From positions 196,999-260,998 of the forward strand of contig CAWKHL010000004.1 in assembly GCA_963849525.1 (NCBI GenBank): a stretch of 64,000 nucleotides of DNA, in the 5' to 3' direction. The notes beneath the pieces are model-generated. The model was not told the DNA's origin, did no database searches, and saw nothing but the letters and a program-made list of their open reading frames with translations. Position numbers and translations under genes: made by a program. This document shows, one piece after another, positions 18,696 to 27,053 of the stretch. Position 1 is the first letter of the stretch; each line of letters begins with the position of its first letter. The stretch comes from an uncultured Acidobacteriota bacterium. GTDB taxonomy: Bacteria; Acidobacteriota; Vicinamibacteria; Vicinamibacterales; SCN-69-37.

Positions 18696-19348
18696 CCCGT
18701 CCCCGCGCATCCCGCTCGCTCGAAAACGCCGCGCGGCACTTCGGCTTCGTGCACGTGGCCGGCGTCGATGAGGTGGGACGCGGCTGCCTGGCGGGGCCGG
18801 TCTGCGCCGGCGCCGTCGTGCTCCATCCGGACCGCTACGTGCCGGGAATCGCGGACTCCAAGGTGCTGTCCGCGACGGAGCGCGAGCGGCTGTTCGACGC
18901 GATCGTCGGGGCCGCGGTCGCCTGGACGGTGGTTGCCGTGAGCGTGGAAGAAATCGACCGCCTGAATATTCATCGGGCGTCATTGCGGGCGATGTCGTTG
19001 GCGGTGACGTCGCTCGCCCCCCTGCCGGGATTCGTGCTCGTCGACGCCTTCCGGATTCCCGACCTGCCGATGCCGCAGCGGCCGGTGACGCACGGCGACC
19101 GGCGCTCGACGGCCATCGCGGCGGCGTCGATCCTGGCGAAGGTCACGCGCGACCGGCTCATGTGCGATCTGCACGGCGAAGACCCGCGCTACGGCTTCGA
19201 TCAGCACAAGGGCTACGCGACGCGGGCGCACCTGGACGCCGTGGCCCGGTTCGGCTACTCGCCGTGGCACCGCCGCACGTTCCGTCCGGCCTCGTTGTTC
19301 GAGACGCACCGGTTCGACTCGGAGGCGCCCGAAGCGTTCTCTGATTGA
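18692..19348 (+). CDS. rnhB: ribonuclease HII
   Basis: [22 protein letters not shown] and [10 protein letters not shown]. Confidence 0.9.
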   Translation: MTRPRASRSLENAARHFGFVHVAGVDEVGRGCLAGPVCAGAVVLHPDRYVPGIADSKVLSATERERLFDAIVGAAVAWTVVAVSVEEIDRLNIHRASLRAMSLAVTSLAPLPGFVLVDAFRIPDLPMPQRPVTHGDRRSTAIAAASILAKVTRDRLMCDLHGEDPRYGFDQHKGYATRAHLDAVARFGYSPWHRRTFRPASLFETHRFDSEAPEAFSD

Positions 19349-19413
19349 CGAGTCTTCAATTAGCCGAGCTCGACCGTCCGTAACGGGAGTCCGCTATCAG
19401 TCTTTTCCGCCGT

Positions 19414-19671
19414 TTGCTCGTCGCCGCCTACCTCGTCGAGGCCGGTCTCCTATTGATCGTCGCGCCGTGGACGGCGTCGTGGCAGCACAACTACTTCGGC
19501 GCCGTGCTTCCGTGGCTCGGGGCGTGGATGGAGCACCCGGCCATTCGCGGCGGCGTCACCGGCGTCGGACTCGTGACCATGGTCGCCGGACTGCGCGACC
19601 TCGTGGCAGTCTTCTTCGGACGGCTCGACAAGTCGCCGCCCACGCCGGAGCGGCCGAGCGAGCCCTCGTGA
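19414..19671 (+). CDS. small integral membrane protein
   Basis: Three hydrophobic segments. Its stop overlaps the thiE GTG (GTGA at 19668-19671). Non-ATG (TTG) start. Confidence 0.5.
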   Translation: MLVAAYLVEAGLLLIVAPWTASWQHNYFGAVLPWLGAWMEHPAIRGGVTGVGLVTMVAGLRDLVAVFFGRLDKSPPTPERPSEPS

Positions 19672-20333
19672 CGGCGTCCCCAATCATTCACGTGGTGACC
19701 GACCGCCGGCAGGTCGCGCCGGACGCGCGCACCCGGGGCGACGAGATCGCCGCCCTGGAGGGCTGGATCGACGAAGCGATTGGCGTGGTCAACGTCGTGC
19801 AGATCCGCGAGCGCGATCTGGATGCCGGCGTGCTTACCGCGTTGCTGGCGCGCATTGCCGACCGCGCGCGCGCCACGAAGACCCGCATCCTGGTCAACGA
19901 CCGCGCCGACGTGGCCGCCGCCGCCGGCGCGCAGGGCGTCCACCTGCGATCGGACGGCGCGCCGGTCGATCGGGTCAGGGCCATCGGGCCGGCCGGCTGG
20001 ATCGTGGGGCGCGCGGCGCACGGTCCGGTGGAGGTGTCGGACGGCGCGAGCGCCGACTACGTGCTCTTCGGTACGGTGTTCGCCAGCCGCTCCAAGTCGG
20101 CGTCCGAGACGCCGCGGGGTATAGCGGCCCTGCGCGAGGCCGCCGCGACCAGCCGCGCGCCGGTCGTGGCGATTGGCGGCATCGGCCCGTCGCGCGCGCC
20201 GCTGTGCCGCGAGGCGGGCGCTGCCGGCGTGGCGGGCATTGGCGTGTTCCTGCCCGAGGGCCGGCGCCCGGAGGCCCTGGGCGTGCGCCGCGCGGCCGAG
20301 GCGTTCGTCGCGGCATGGAATGAGAGAAGATAG
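19668..20333 (+). CDS. thiE: thiamine-phosphate synthase
   Basis: VQIRERDL..., ILVNDRADVAAAAGAQGVHL and VAIGGI. The GTG start is at 19668. Confidence 0.8.
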   Translation: MTASPIIHVVTDRRQVAPDARTRGDEIAALEGWIDEAIGVVNVVQIRERDLDAGVLTALLARIADRARATKTRILVNDRADVAAAAGAQGVHLRSDGAPVDRVRAIGPAGWIVGRAAHGPVEVSDGASADYVLFGTVFASRSKSASETPRGIAALREAAATSRAPVVAIGGIGPSRAPLCREAGAAGVAGIGVFLPEGRRPEALGVRRAAEAFVAAWNERR

Positions 20334-20342
20334 AAGTCCTCA

Positions 20343-21182
20343 ATGGAAATGGAAGACGACTTTGGCCCGCATTTGAAGGAGGCTCGTGAGGCCCGTGGGC
20401 TGTCGCTGCGGCAGTTGGCGACGGTCACGAAGATCTCGGTGGTCGCGCTCGAGTCGCTCGAGCGGGGCGACTTTTCCCGGTTGCCCGGCGGGATCTTCAG
20501 CCGGGCGTTCGTGCGCGCGTACGCCATCGAAGTCGGGCTGGACCCGGAGCAGACGGTGCAGACGTTCCTGGCCGAATTCGAGCGGACCGAACGGCGCCGC
20601 GCGCACGAGCGGCCGAAGCCCGAGGTCACGGCCGACGACCGCGCGTTCCTCGAGCGGCAGCGCAAGGCGAGGCAGCTGCTGCGCGCGGGGCTCATCTGGA
20701 TCGCCGTGACGGTGGTGGCCGTCGTCGTCTGGAAAGTGATGTCGCGCGCGACCCCGGCCCGGTCGGCGGCGGTGGTGCAGACGGCGACGGCTGCGTCCGA
20801 TCCGGCGCTTCGAGCGCCACTCACCGCCGCCTCGTCGTCGCCCGATGTCGGCCGTCCCGAGGCCGGTGCGGCCGCCGCGCCCGACACGCCGCCGCCGGCC
20901 GCGGCCGCCGCGCCGGCCGACGGATCCTTCGCGCTGCATCTGACCATCAGCGGTGACTGTTGGGTGCGCGCGACGGTCGACAACGTCGTCCGCTTCGAGC
21001 AGATCCTGAAAGCCGGCGATGTGCAGGACCTGCCCGCCGGTCACGACATCTACCTGCAAGTGGGCAACGCGGGCGTGGTGAGTTGGACGATCAACGGCCA
21101 GCCGGCGAAGCCGCTGGGCAACCCCGGCGAGCCCAGCACAGCCCGCGTCACGTCCGCCACGGTCGCCCGCTACCTCCAGTAA
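20343..21182 (+). CDS. rodZ: RodZ-like cytoskeleton protein (HTH, TM segment, DUF4115)
   Basis: N-terminal HTH LKEAREARGLSLRQLATVTKISVVALESLERGDFSRLPGGIFSRAFVRAYA. One TM segment. C-terminal ...CWVRATVDN...YLQVGNAGVVSWTINGQP. Confidence 0.8.
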   Translation: MEMEDDFGPHLKEAREARGLSLRQLATVTKISVVALESLERGDFSRLPGGIFSRAFVRAYAIEVGLDPEQTVQTFLAEFERTERRRAHERPKPEVTADDRAFLERQRKARQLLRAGLIWIAVTVVAVVVWKVMSRATPARSAAVVQTATAASDPALRAPLTAASSSPDVGRPEAGAAAAPDTPPPAAAAAPADGSFALHLTISGDCWVRATVDNVVRFEQILKAGDVQDLPAGHDIYLQVGNAGVVSWTINGQPAKPLGNPGEPSTARVTSATVARYLQ

Positions 21183-21187
21183 AGCGG

Positions 21188-21354
21188 GCTAGAACTCATC
21201 TCATAAACCGGTCGCGGCACCGAGGGTGGCGAGGCGCCGGGCTGGCCAGGCGCGACGACTGAGAATACTGGCGGTATTCGAGGGAGGAGCAACGCCGCCC
21301 AGCCCGGATGCATCGCCGACCGAATGCCGGCCGGTTTATGAGATGAGTTCTAGC
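21188..21354. mobile_element. MITE-like 167-bp palindromic element with perfect 24-bp terminal inverted repeats
   Basis: GCTAGAACTCATCTCATAAACCGG at 21188-21211 and its exact reverse complement at 21331-21354. Inner symmetric pairs are CCGGGCTGG/CCAGCCCGG and a central GAATAC/GTATTC. The termini are AT-richer than the surrounding sequence. Confidence 0.45.
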
Positions 21355-21550
21355 GGCGCCGGCCGCCGCCCTTGGCCGCCGCCCATTCCGACCGCATCTG
21401 CGACAGGCCGTCCATGTAGACGGCGGCCCGCTGCCGCTCATCCTCGGTCGGCATCGACTTGAGCAAGTCGACCGCGCGGGCCAGATCTTTCTGAATCGTC
21501 TGTTTCGTCGCGTTGTAGTAGAGATGCTTGATCTCGTCGAGCGCGCTCAC
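21350..21550 (-). CDS. small conserved-looking protein (66 aa)
   Basis: GGAGG Shine-Dalgarno, 4 nt, then GTG at 21550. Sequence VSALDEIKHLYYNATKQTIQKDLARAVDLLKSMPTEDERQRAAVYMDGLSQMRSEW. The start overlaps the GHMP kinase stop (GTGA). Its TAG stop lies inside the element terminus. Confidence 0.55.
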   Translation of the reverse strand: MSALDEIKHLYYNATKQTIQKDLARAVDLLKSMPTEDERQRAAVYMDGLSQMRSEWAAAKGGGRRR

Positions 21551-22557
21551 GCGGACCTCCGGGACGGCGCGCGGGTCAGCCGCACGCCTTGGGGATCGAT
21601 CTGAAACGGCAGGACGGTTGCGCCGCCGGCGTCGAGCGCGGCGGCGACCGCGTCCCGCGCCTCGGGGGCAACCAGGCAGAACAGGCATCCACCGCCGCCC
21701 GCGCCGCAGACTTTGCCGGCCTGCGCGCCGGCCGCCCGCGCGGCGTCGAGCAGCGCGTCAATCTGCGGCGTCGTCACGCCGGGCCAGAGCCGTTTGCGGT
21801 GCGCCCACTCGAGGGAGAGGTGCCGGGCGACGCCGGTCCAGTCCGCACGGGCCAGCGCCGCGCGCATGGCGATGGCCTCGTCGCGAATGCCGTCGAACGC
21901 GGCCGTCACCACCGGGTCGCCGTCGATGCGGCGCTGCATGACCTGCCAGTTGTTGATGCCGGACTGCCGCGACGCGCCGGTGTAGGCGAGAACGAGCCGC
22001 CGGCCCAGTTCGTCGGGGGAGACCGGGATCGCCACGCGCCGAATGGCATCGACGCCGAGCTCAATGGCCGCGACGCCGCCGTAGAGTGCCGGCCGGTAGT
22101 CCTGCACGCCCGTGGGCACGCCGATGACCTGGGCTTCGATGTTCATGGCGATCGTCAGCAGTTCGTCGGGAGTGAGCGCGCGTTCGGTCCAGGCCGCCAG
22201 TGCGGCCGTGAGCGCCACGTTCATGGCCGAAGAGCCGGCGATGCCGGCGCCGACCGGGGAGTCGGATGCAGTCGTGACCTGGATGCCCCGCGCGCCGAAG
22301 TGGCGCACGAGGCGCGAGAGCAGGGGCAGACGGGCGAGGTCGAGGTCCTCCGGCCCGTTGGCCTCGACGCGCTCGCCGGAGTCCTCCGAGACGAGGACGA
22401 CGCGGTCGTCGTCTCGCGACGCGAGCGAGACGCGCGCGCGGAGCGTGATGGCGGCATTGAGCGTCTGGGCGCCTTCGTGAAACAGGTACAGCGGCCAGAT
22501 GTCGAACGTGCCGCCCGCCAGATCGATGCGGGTCGGAGCGGAACAATCGATGCGCAC
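21547..22557 (-). CDS. GHMP-family sugar kinase (HddA/fucokinase-like anomeric kinase subgroup)
   Basis: PVGAGIAGSSAM (GHMP motif II), GVQDYRPALYGG and KVCGAGGGGCLF (motif III). Confidence 0.8.
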   Translation of the reverse strand: MRIDCSAPTRIDLAGGTFDIWPLYLFHEGAQTLNAAITLRARVSLASRDDDRVVLVSEDSGERVEANGPEDLDLARLPLLSRLVRHFGARGIQVTTASDSPVGAGIAGSSAMNVALTAALAAWTERALTPDELLTIAMNIEAQVIGVPTGVQDYRPALYGGVAAIELGVDAIRRVAIPVSPDELGRRLVLAYTGASRQSGINNWQVMQRRIDGDPVVTAAFDGIRDEAIAMRAALARADWTGVARHLSLEWAHRKRLWPGVTTPQIDALLDAARAAGAQAGKVCGAGGGGCLFCLVAPEARDAVAAALDAGGATVLPFQIDPQGVRLTRAPSRRSA

Positions 22558-22563
22558 GCGCGC

Positions 22564-22571
22564 ATTATAAT
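22564..22571. promoter_or_regulatory. palindromic ATTATAAT, a candidate bidirectional -10 element
   Basis: It reads TATAAT on both strands. It is 6 nt from GTG 22557 on the minus strand and 6-9 nt from TTG 22578 / ATG 22581 on the plus strand. Confidence 0.4.
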
Positions 22572-22574
22572 GGC

Positions 22575-23666
22575 GTGTTGATGTCGCTTCGGGAGCTTCG
22601 ACGCCACATCGGCCGCCTGGTGATTCTTGGCTTCAGCGGCCAGAGCCTGCCTGTCGAGCTCAAGGAGCTGGCCGCGGAGTTCGACCTCGGCGGCGTCATC
22701 TACTTTCAGCGAAACGTGGTCGAGCCCCGGCAGGTGGCGGAGTTGTCGCGCGAGGTGGAGGCGCTTCGGCGCGCGTGGCCGCTCTGGGTGAGCGTCGATC
22801 AAGAGGGCGGGCGCGTCGCCCGACTGAAGCGCCCGTTCACCGAGTGGCCGCCGATGCAGACCCTGGGGCGCGCGGGCGACGAAGCGCTCGCCGAGCGGTT
22901 CGCCCGGGCCCTGGCGCTGGAACTGGCCGCCGTCGGCGTGAATCTGGATTACGCTCCGGTCTTGGACGTGCACACCAACCCGAAGAACCCCGTCATCGGC
23001 GACCGCGCGCTGGCCTCGTCGGCCAAGGACGCCGCCCGGCTGGGGCGCGCCGTCATCCGCGGGCTGCAGGCGGCGGGCGTGGCCGCGTGCGGCAAGCACT
23101 TTCCCGGTCACGGCGACACCAGCACCGACTCCCACGAAACGCTCCCGGTGGTCGACCACGACCGGGCCCGACTCGAAGCCCTTGAGCTCCTGCCGTTCCG
23201 CGAGGCGATCGCGGAAGGCGTCGCCACCATCATGACCGCGCACGTGGTCGTGCCGGCGCTCGACGAGGCGCAGCCCGCATCGCTGTCCCGGGCGATCGTC
23301 ACCGGGCTCTTGAAGGAGCGGATGGGGTATCCGGGCGTCGTCATCAGCGACGACCTCGGGATGAAGGCGATCAGCGCCGCGCGGCCGCTCGGCCAGGCGA
23401 CCGTGGCGGCGATTGCCGCCGGGTGCGACGCGGCGCTCTTGTGCAACCAGCCGCTCGACGAGCAGGTCGGGGCCATCGAGGCGTTGATTCGAGCCGTGGA
23501 GTCCGGCGCGTTGACGACCGCGCGGATTGACGACGCGTTCGGCCGGCAGCAGCGGGTGAAGAACCTCTTCTTTCCCGAGCGTCCGGCTGGGCGGCGGCCT
23601 TCACTGGACGTCATCGGGTCGGCCGCGCACGCGGCCGTGGCCGACGCGATGGCCGCCTGGCAATGA
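22575..23666 (+). CDS. nagZ: beta-N-acetylhexosaminidase (GH3)
   Basis: VSVDQEGGRVARL, NLDYAPVLDV and KHFPGHGDTSTDSH. The start may be 22578 or 22581. Confidence 0.9.
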   Translation: MLMSLRELRRHIGRLVILGFSGQSLPVELKELAAEFDLGGVIYFQRNVVEPRQVAELSREVEALRRAWPLWVSVDQEGGRVARLKRPFTEWPPMQTLGRAGDEALAERFARALALELAAVGVNLDYAPVLDVHTNPKNPVIGDRALASSAKDAARLGRAVIRGLQAAGVAACGKHFPGHGDTSTDSHETLPVVDHDRARLEALELLPFREAIAEGVATIMTAHVVVPALDEAQPASLSRAIVTGLLKERMGYPGVVISDDLGMKAISAARPLGQATVAAIAAGCDAALLCNQPLDEQVGAIEALIRAVESGALTTARIDDAFGRQQRVKNLFFPERPAGRRPSLDVIGSAAHAAVADAMAAWQ

Positions 23667-24634
23667 GTCTCCGGTCCCGGCCAACCCCGCGCACGGCGGG
23701 AGGACTCCTCAAGACGCGGCCCGTGCGCGTGGGCAGCGGCGTCGCGCTGGTCGCGCCCGCCAGTCCCTTCAAGCGCGAGGAGTTCGAAGCCGGTGTGGCC
23801 GAGCTCCGTCGGCTCGGGCTCGACCCGGTCTTCGAGGATCGGATCTTCGAGCGCGAGCCCGGCGGGATCACGGCCGGGTCGGCCAGCTCCCGCGCGTGGG
23901 AGCTGATCCGCGCCTGGGAGCGGCGCGACGTCGATCTCATCATGGCCGTGCGGGGCGGGTACGGCAGCCTGGAGATCCTGTCGATGCTCGACCAGTCCGC
24001 CATTCGCGCGTCGCGCACGGCGTTCGTGGGCTACAGCGACGTGACCTCGATCCACATCTTGCTCGGGACGCGCGTCGGGCTGGCGTCCGTGCACGGACCG
24101 ATGATCGAGGGCCGGCTGGCCAAAGGGCCCGCCGCCTACGATCCCACGACGTTCCTTCGGAGCCTCGGCACCGAGCCCATCGGCGAACTGGCGCCCGGCG
24201 GCGTGGAGATCATTCGCTCGGGGGAGGCGCAGGGACCGCTGTTCGGCGGCACGCTGACACAGCTGCTGGCGTCCCTGGGGACGCCGTACGAGTTCCGGCC
24301 GCCGGCCGGGCATGTGCTGTTCATCGACGAGGTCGGCGAGCGGCCGTACCGGCTGCGGCGCATGCTCACGCAGTGGCGGCTGACCGGGCTGCTTGGCCTG
24401 GCGTCGGCGGTGGTCTTCGGCGAGTTGCCGCACTGCGACGAGCCGGGCGGCGGTCCGACCGCTCGGGATGTCGTGAGGAGCCTGTTCAAGGACTTTCCTG
24501 GCCCCGTGCTGCTCGGCTTTCCCTCGGGGCACACCACCACACCGCTGCTGTCGCTGCCGCTGGGCGTCCGGACTCGCGTCGTCGCCGAGGGGTTGCCGCG
24601 CCTGATTCTGGAAGAGGCCGCCGCGAGTGCCTGA
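23663..24634 (+). CDS. ldcA: LD-carboxypeptidase (S66, muramoyltetrapeptide carboxypeptidase)
   Basis: VALVAPASP..., IMAVRGGYGS, VGYSDVTSIH and GFPSGH. ATGA overlap with nagZ. Confidence 0.85.
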   Translation: MSLRSRPTPRTAGGLLKTRPVRVGSGVALVAPASPFKREEFEAGVAELRRLGLDPVFEDRIFEREPGGITAGSASSRAWELIRAWERRDVDLIMAVRGGYGSLEILSMLDQSAIRASRTAFVGYSDVTSIHILLGTRVGLASVHGPMIEGRLAKGPAAYDPTTFLRSLGTEPIGELAPGGVEIIRSGEAQGPLFGGTLTQLLASLGTPYEFRPPAGHVLFIDEVGERPYRLRRMLTQWRLTGLLGLASAVVFGELPHCDEPGGGPTARDVVRSLFKDFPGPVLLGFPSGHTTTPLLSLPLGVRTRVVAEGLPRLILEEAAASA

Positions 24635-26036
24635 GGCTGGTCGCATTCACTTCATCGGGATTTGCGGCACCGCGATGGCCACGCTCGCGGTGATGCTGAA
24701 GACGCGCGGGTTCGACGTGCAGGGCTCGGACCATGCCGTCTACCCGCCGATGAGCGAGTATCTCGCGCGCGAGCACGTCCGCGTCCTCGACGGCTACGAC
24801 GCGGCGCACATCACGCCCGACATCGGCACGGTGATCGTCGGCAACGCGATCTCGCGCGGAAACCCAGAGCTCGAGGAAGTCCTCGACCGCAAGCTGCGGT
24901 ACCTGTCGCTCCCCGAAGCGATTCGCGAGCACTTTCTCTGGCAGTCGCGGTCGATTGTCGTCGCCGGCACCCACGGCAAGACGACGACCTCGTCGCTCGT
25001 CGGGTGGCTGCTCACGGCCGGCGGGCTCGACCCAAGCGTGTTCATCGGCGGGATCGCCGGCAATTTCGACGGCGGCGGGCGGCTCGGCTCGGGCCGCGAC
25101 TTCGTGATCGAGGGCGACGAGTACGACAGCGCGTTCTTCGACAAGACGGCGAAGTTTCTCAAGTACCTGCCCGACCTCGTCGTCGTGGGCAATCTCGAGT
25201 ACGACCACGCGGACATCTATGCCGACATGGAGTCGCTCCGCGTGGCCTTCCGCCGTCTGGTCAACCTGATTCCCCGCGGCGGGCGGCTGTTTCTCGGCGC
25301 CGACAGCCCCGAGGCGCGGCGGCTCGCAACCGGCGCGCGCTGCGAGGTCGAGACGTTCGGCACGGACGAGGCGGCCGACTGGCGGGCCAGTGACGTCCGG
25401 GCGGCCGGTGACCGCACCGCGTTCGACGTGTCGTTTCGCCGGGAGCGCTTTGGCTCGTTCGAGGTGCCGCTCTTCGGCGCGCACAACGTCCGGAACACAC
25501 TCGCGGCGCTCGCCGTCGGTCGCGCGGTCGGGCTCGAGCCCGACACGATGAAAGCCGGCCTGGCCCGGTTCAAGGGCGTACGGCGGCGTCTGGAGCTGCG
25601 CGGCACGGTGCGCGGCGTGTCGGTGTACGACGACTTCGCCCACCATCCCACCGCGATCCTCGAGACGCTGCGCGCCATGAAGGCCGCCTATCCCGATGCC
25701 AGGCTGTGGGCCGTCTTCGAACCCAGGTCCGCGACGGCCTGCCGCCGGGTGTTCCAGAACGACTTCGCCCGCGCGTTCATCGAGTCGGGCGCCGACGAGA
25801 CGATCATCGCGACCGTGTTTCGATCCGCGCTTCCGGAGGCGGAGCGTCTCGATGTCGATCAGATCGTGCGCGACCTCGAGTATGCGGGGCGGCATGCGCG
25901 GACGCTGCCCTCGACCGACGCCATCGTCCAGACGATCGCGCGCGAAGCCCGGGACGGCGACCAGGTGGTCGTGATGTCCAATGGCGGCTTCGATGGCATC
26001 CATGACAAGCTGCTGGCGGAGTTGACGCGTGGGTAG
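24627..26036 (+). CDS. mpl: UDP-N-acetylmuramate:L-alanyl-gamma-D-glutamyl-meso-DAP ligase
   Basis: IHFIGICGTAMATLAVMLKTRGFDVQGSD, VAGTHGKTTTSSL and EGDEYDSAFFDK. Confidence 0.9.
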   Translation: MPEAGRIHFIGICGTAMATLAVMLKTRGFDVQGSDHAVYPPMSEYLAREHVRVLDGYDAAHITPDIGTVIVGNAISRGNPELEEVLDRKLRYLSLPEAIREHFLWQSRSIVVAGTHGKTTTSSLVGWLLTAGGLDPSVFIGGIAGNFDGGGRLGSGRDFVIEGDEYDSAFFDKTAKFLKYLPDLVVVGNLEYDHADIYADMESLRVAFRRLVNLIPRGGRLFLGADSPEARRLATGARCEVETFGTDEAADWRASDVRAAGDRTAFDVSFRRERFGSFEVPLFGAHNVRNTLAALAVGRAVGLEPDTMKAGLARFKGVRRRLELRGTVRGVSVYDDFAHHPTAILETLRAMKAAYPDARLWAVFEPRSATACRRVFQNDFARAFIESGADETIIATVFRSALPEAERLDVDQIVRDLEYAGRHARTLPSTDAIVQTIAREARDGDQVVVMSNGGFDGIHDKLLAELTRG

Positions 26037-26100
26037 ACCTCACGTCACACACCCGGCGACGCCCCCGGTCGGTCGCCCGCGCGAGACGATTGAACCGAGG

Positions 26101-27048
26101 ATGCCTATGGCCGGCCGGCGCTTCGACGAATGGGCGCGCGAGCGGTTCGGTCCGGCGCGGGTGACAGCCGGTGCGCCGCTCGCGCCGCTGACGACGCTCA
26201 AGGTCGGCGGGCCGGCCGAGTGGCTCGTGGACGTGCAGTCGGTCGAAGAGATGGTCGACCTGGCCGGCGCGGCCAGGGCCTGGGGCGTGCCGGTGACCGT
26301 CATCGGCGGCGGATCGAATCTCCTCATCGGCGATCGAGGCATTCGCGGCGTCGTCGCGCGGCCGCGCTTTCGCGGGATCAGCCGACCGACGCCGAACCGC
26401 GTCAGGGCGGAGGCGGGCGTGACCATCAACGGACTCGTCCGCTGGACCGTCGCCCAGGGGCTCGGCGGGATCGAAGCCTGGGCGGGAACGCCGGGAACCG
26501 TCGGCGGCGCCATTTACGGCAACGCGCATTTCGCCGGACGCAACATCTCCGACATCGTCGCGGACGTGATGATGCTCTCGCCGGACGGGACGCCATCGGT
26601 CGTGCCGAACGAGATGATGGCGTTCGGCTACGACGCAAGCCGTGTGCAGAGGACCCGCGAGACGGTTCTCTGGGCGGAGTTCGTCGTCGAGGCCGCGGCG
26701 CCTGATGCCTTGCGAGCCGTGGCGCGCGCGTCGCTGGCCCACAGGAAGCGCACGCAGCCGCTCGACGTGCCGAGCGCCGGGTGCATCTTTCAGAATCCGG
26801 ACCCGGCGCGGGACCGTCTGCCGCAGGATGTGCCGTGGTCGGCCGGCGCCTTGGTTGACCGCGCGGGCCTCAAAGGGCATCGCATCGGCGGGGCGCGGAT
26901 CTCGCCGGTGCACGCGAATTTCTTCTTGAACGAGGCCGGGGCGACCGCCTCGGATGTGCGCGCATTGATCGAACTGGCGCGCGACACGGTGCGCGCCCGC
27001 TTCGGCGTTGAATTGCGTGACGAGATCGTCACGCTCGGGGAGTACTAG
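26101..27048 (+). CDS. murB: UDP-N-acetylenolpyruvoylglucosamine reductase
   Basis: LAPLTTLKVGGPAEW, IGGGSNLLI, SAGCIFQNP and HANFFLN. Confidence 0.9.
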   Translation: MPMAGRRFDEWARERFGPARVTAGAPLAPLTTLKVGGPAEWLVDVQSVEEMVDLAGAARAWGVPVTVIGGGSNLLIGDRGIRGVVARPRFRGISRPTPNRVRAEAGVTINGLVRWTVAQGLGGIEAWAGTPGTVGGAIYGNAHFAGRNISDIVADVMMLSPDGTPSVVPNEMMAFGYDASRVQRTRETVLWAEFVVEAAAPDALRAVARASLAHRKRTQPLDVPSAGCIFQNPDPARDRLPQDVPWSAGALVDRAGLKGHRIGGARISPVHANFFLNEAGATASDVRALIELARDTVRARFGVELRDEIVTLGEY

Positions 27049-27053
27049 AAGAC

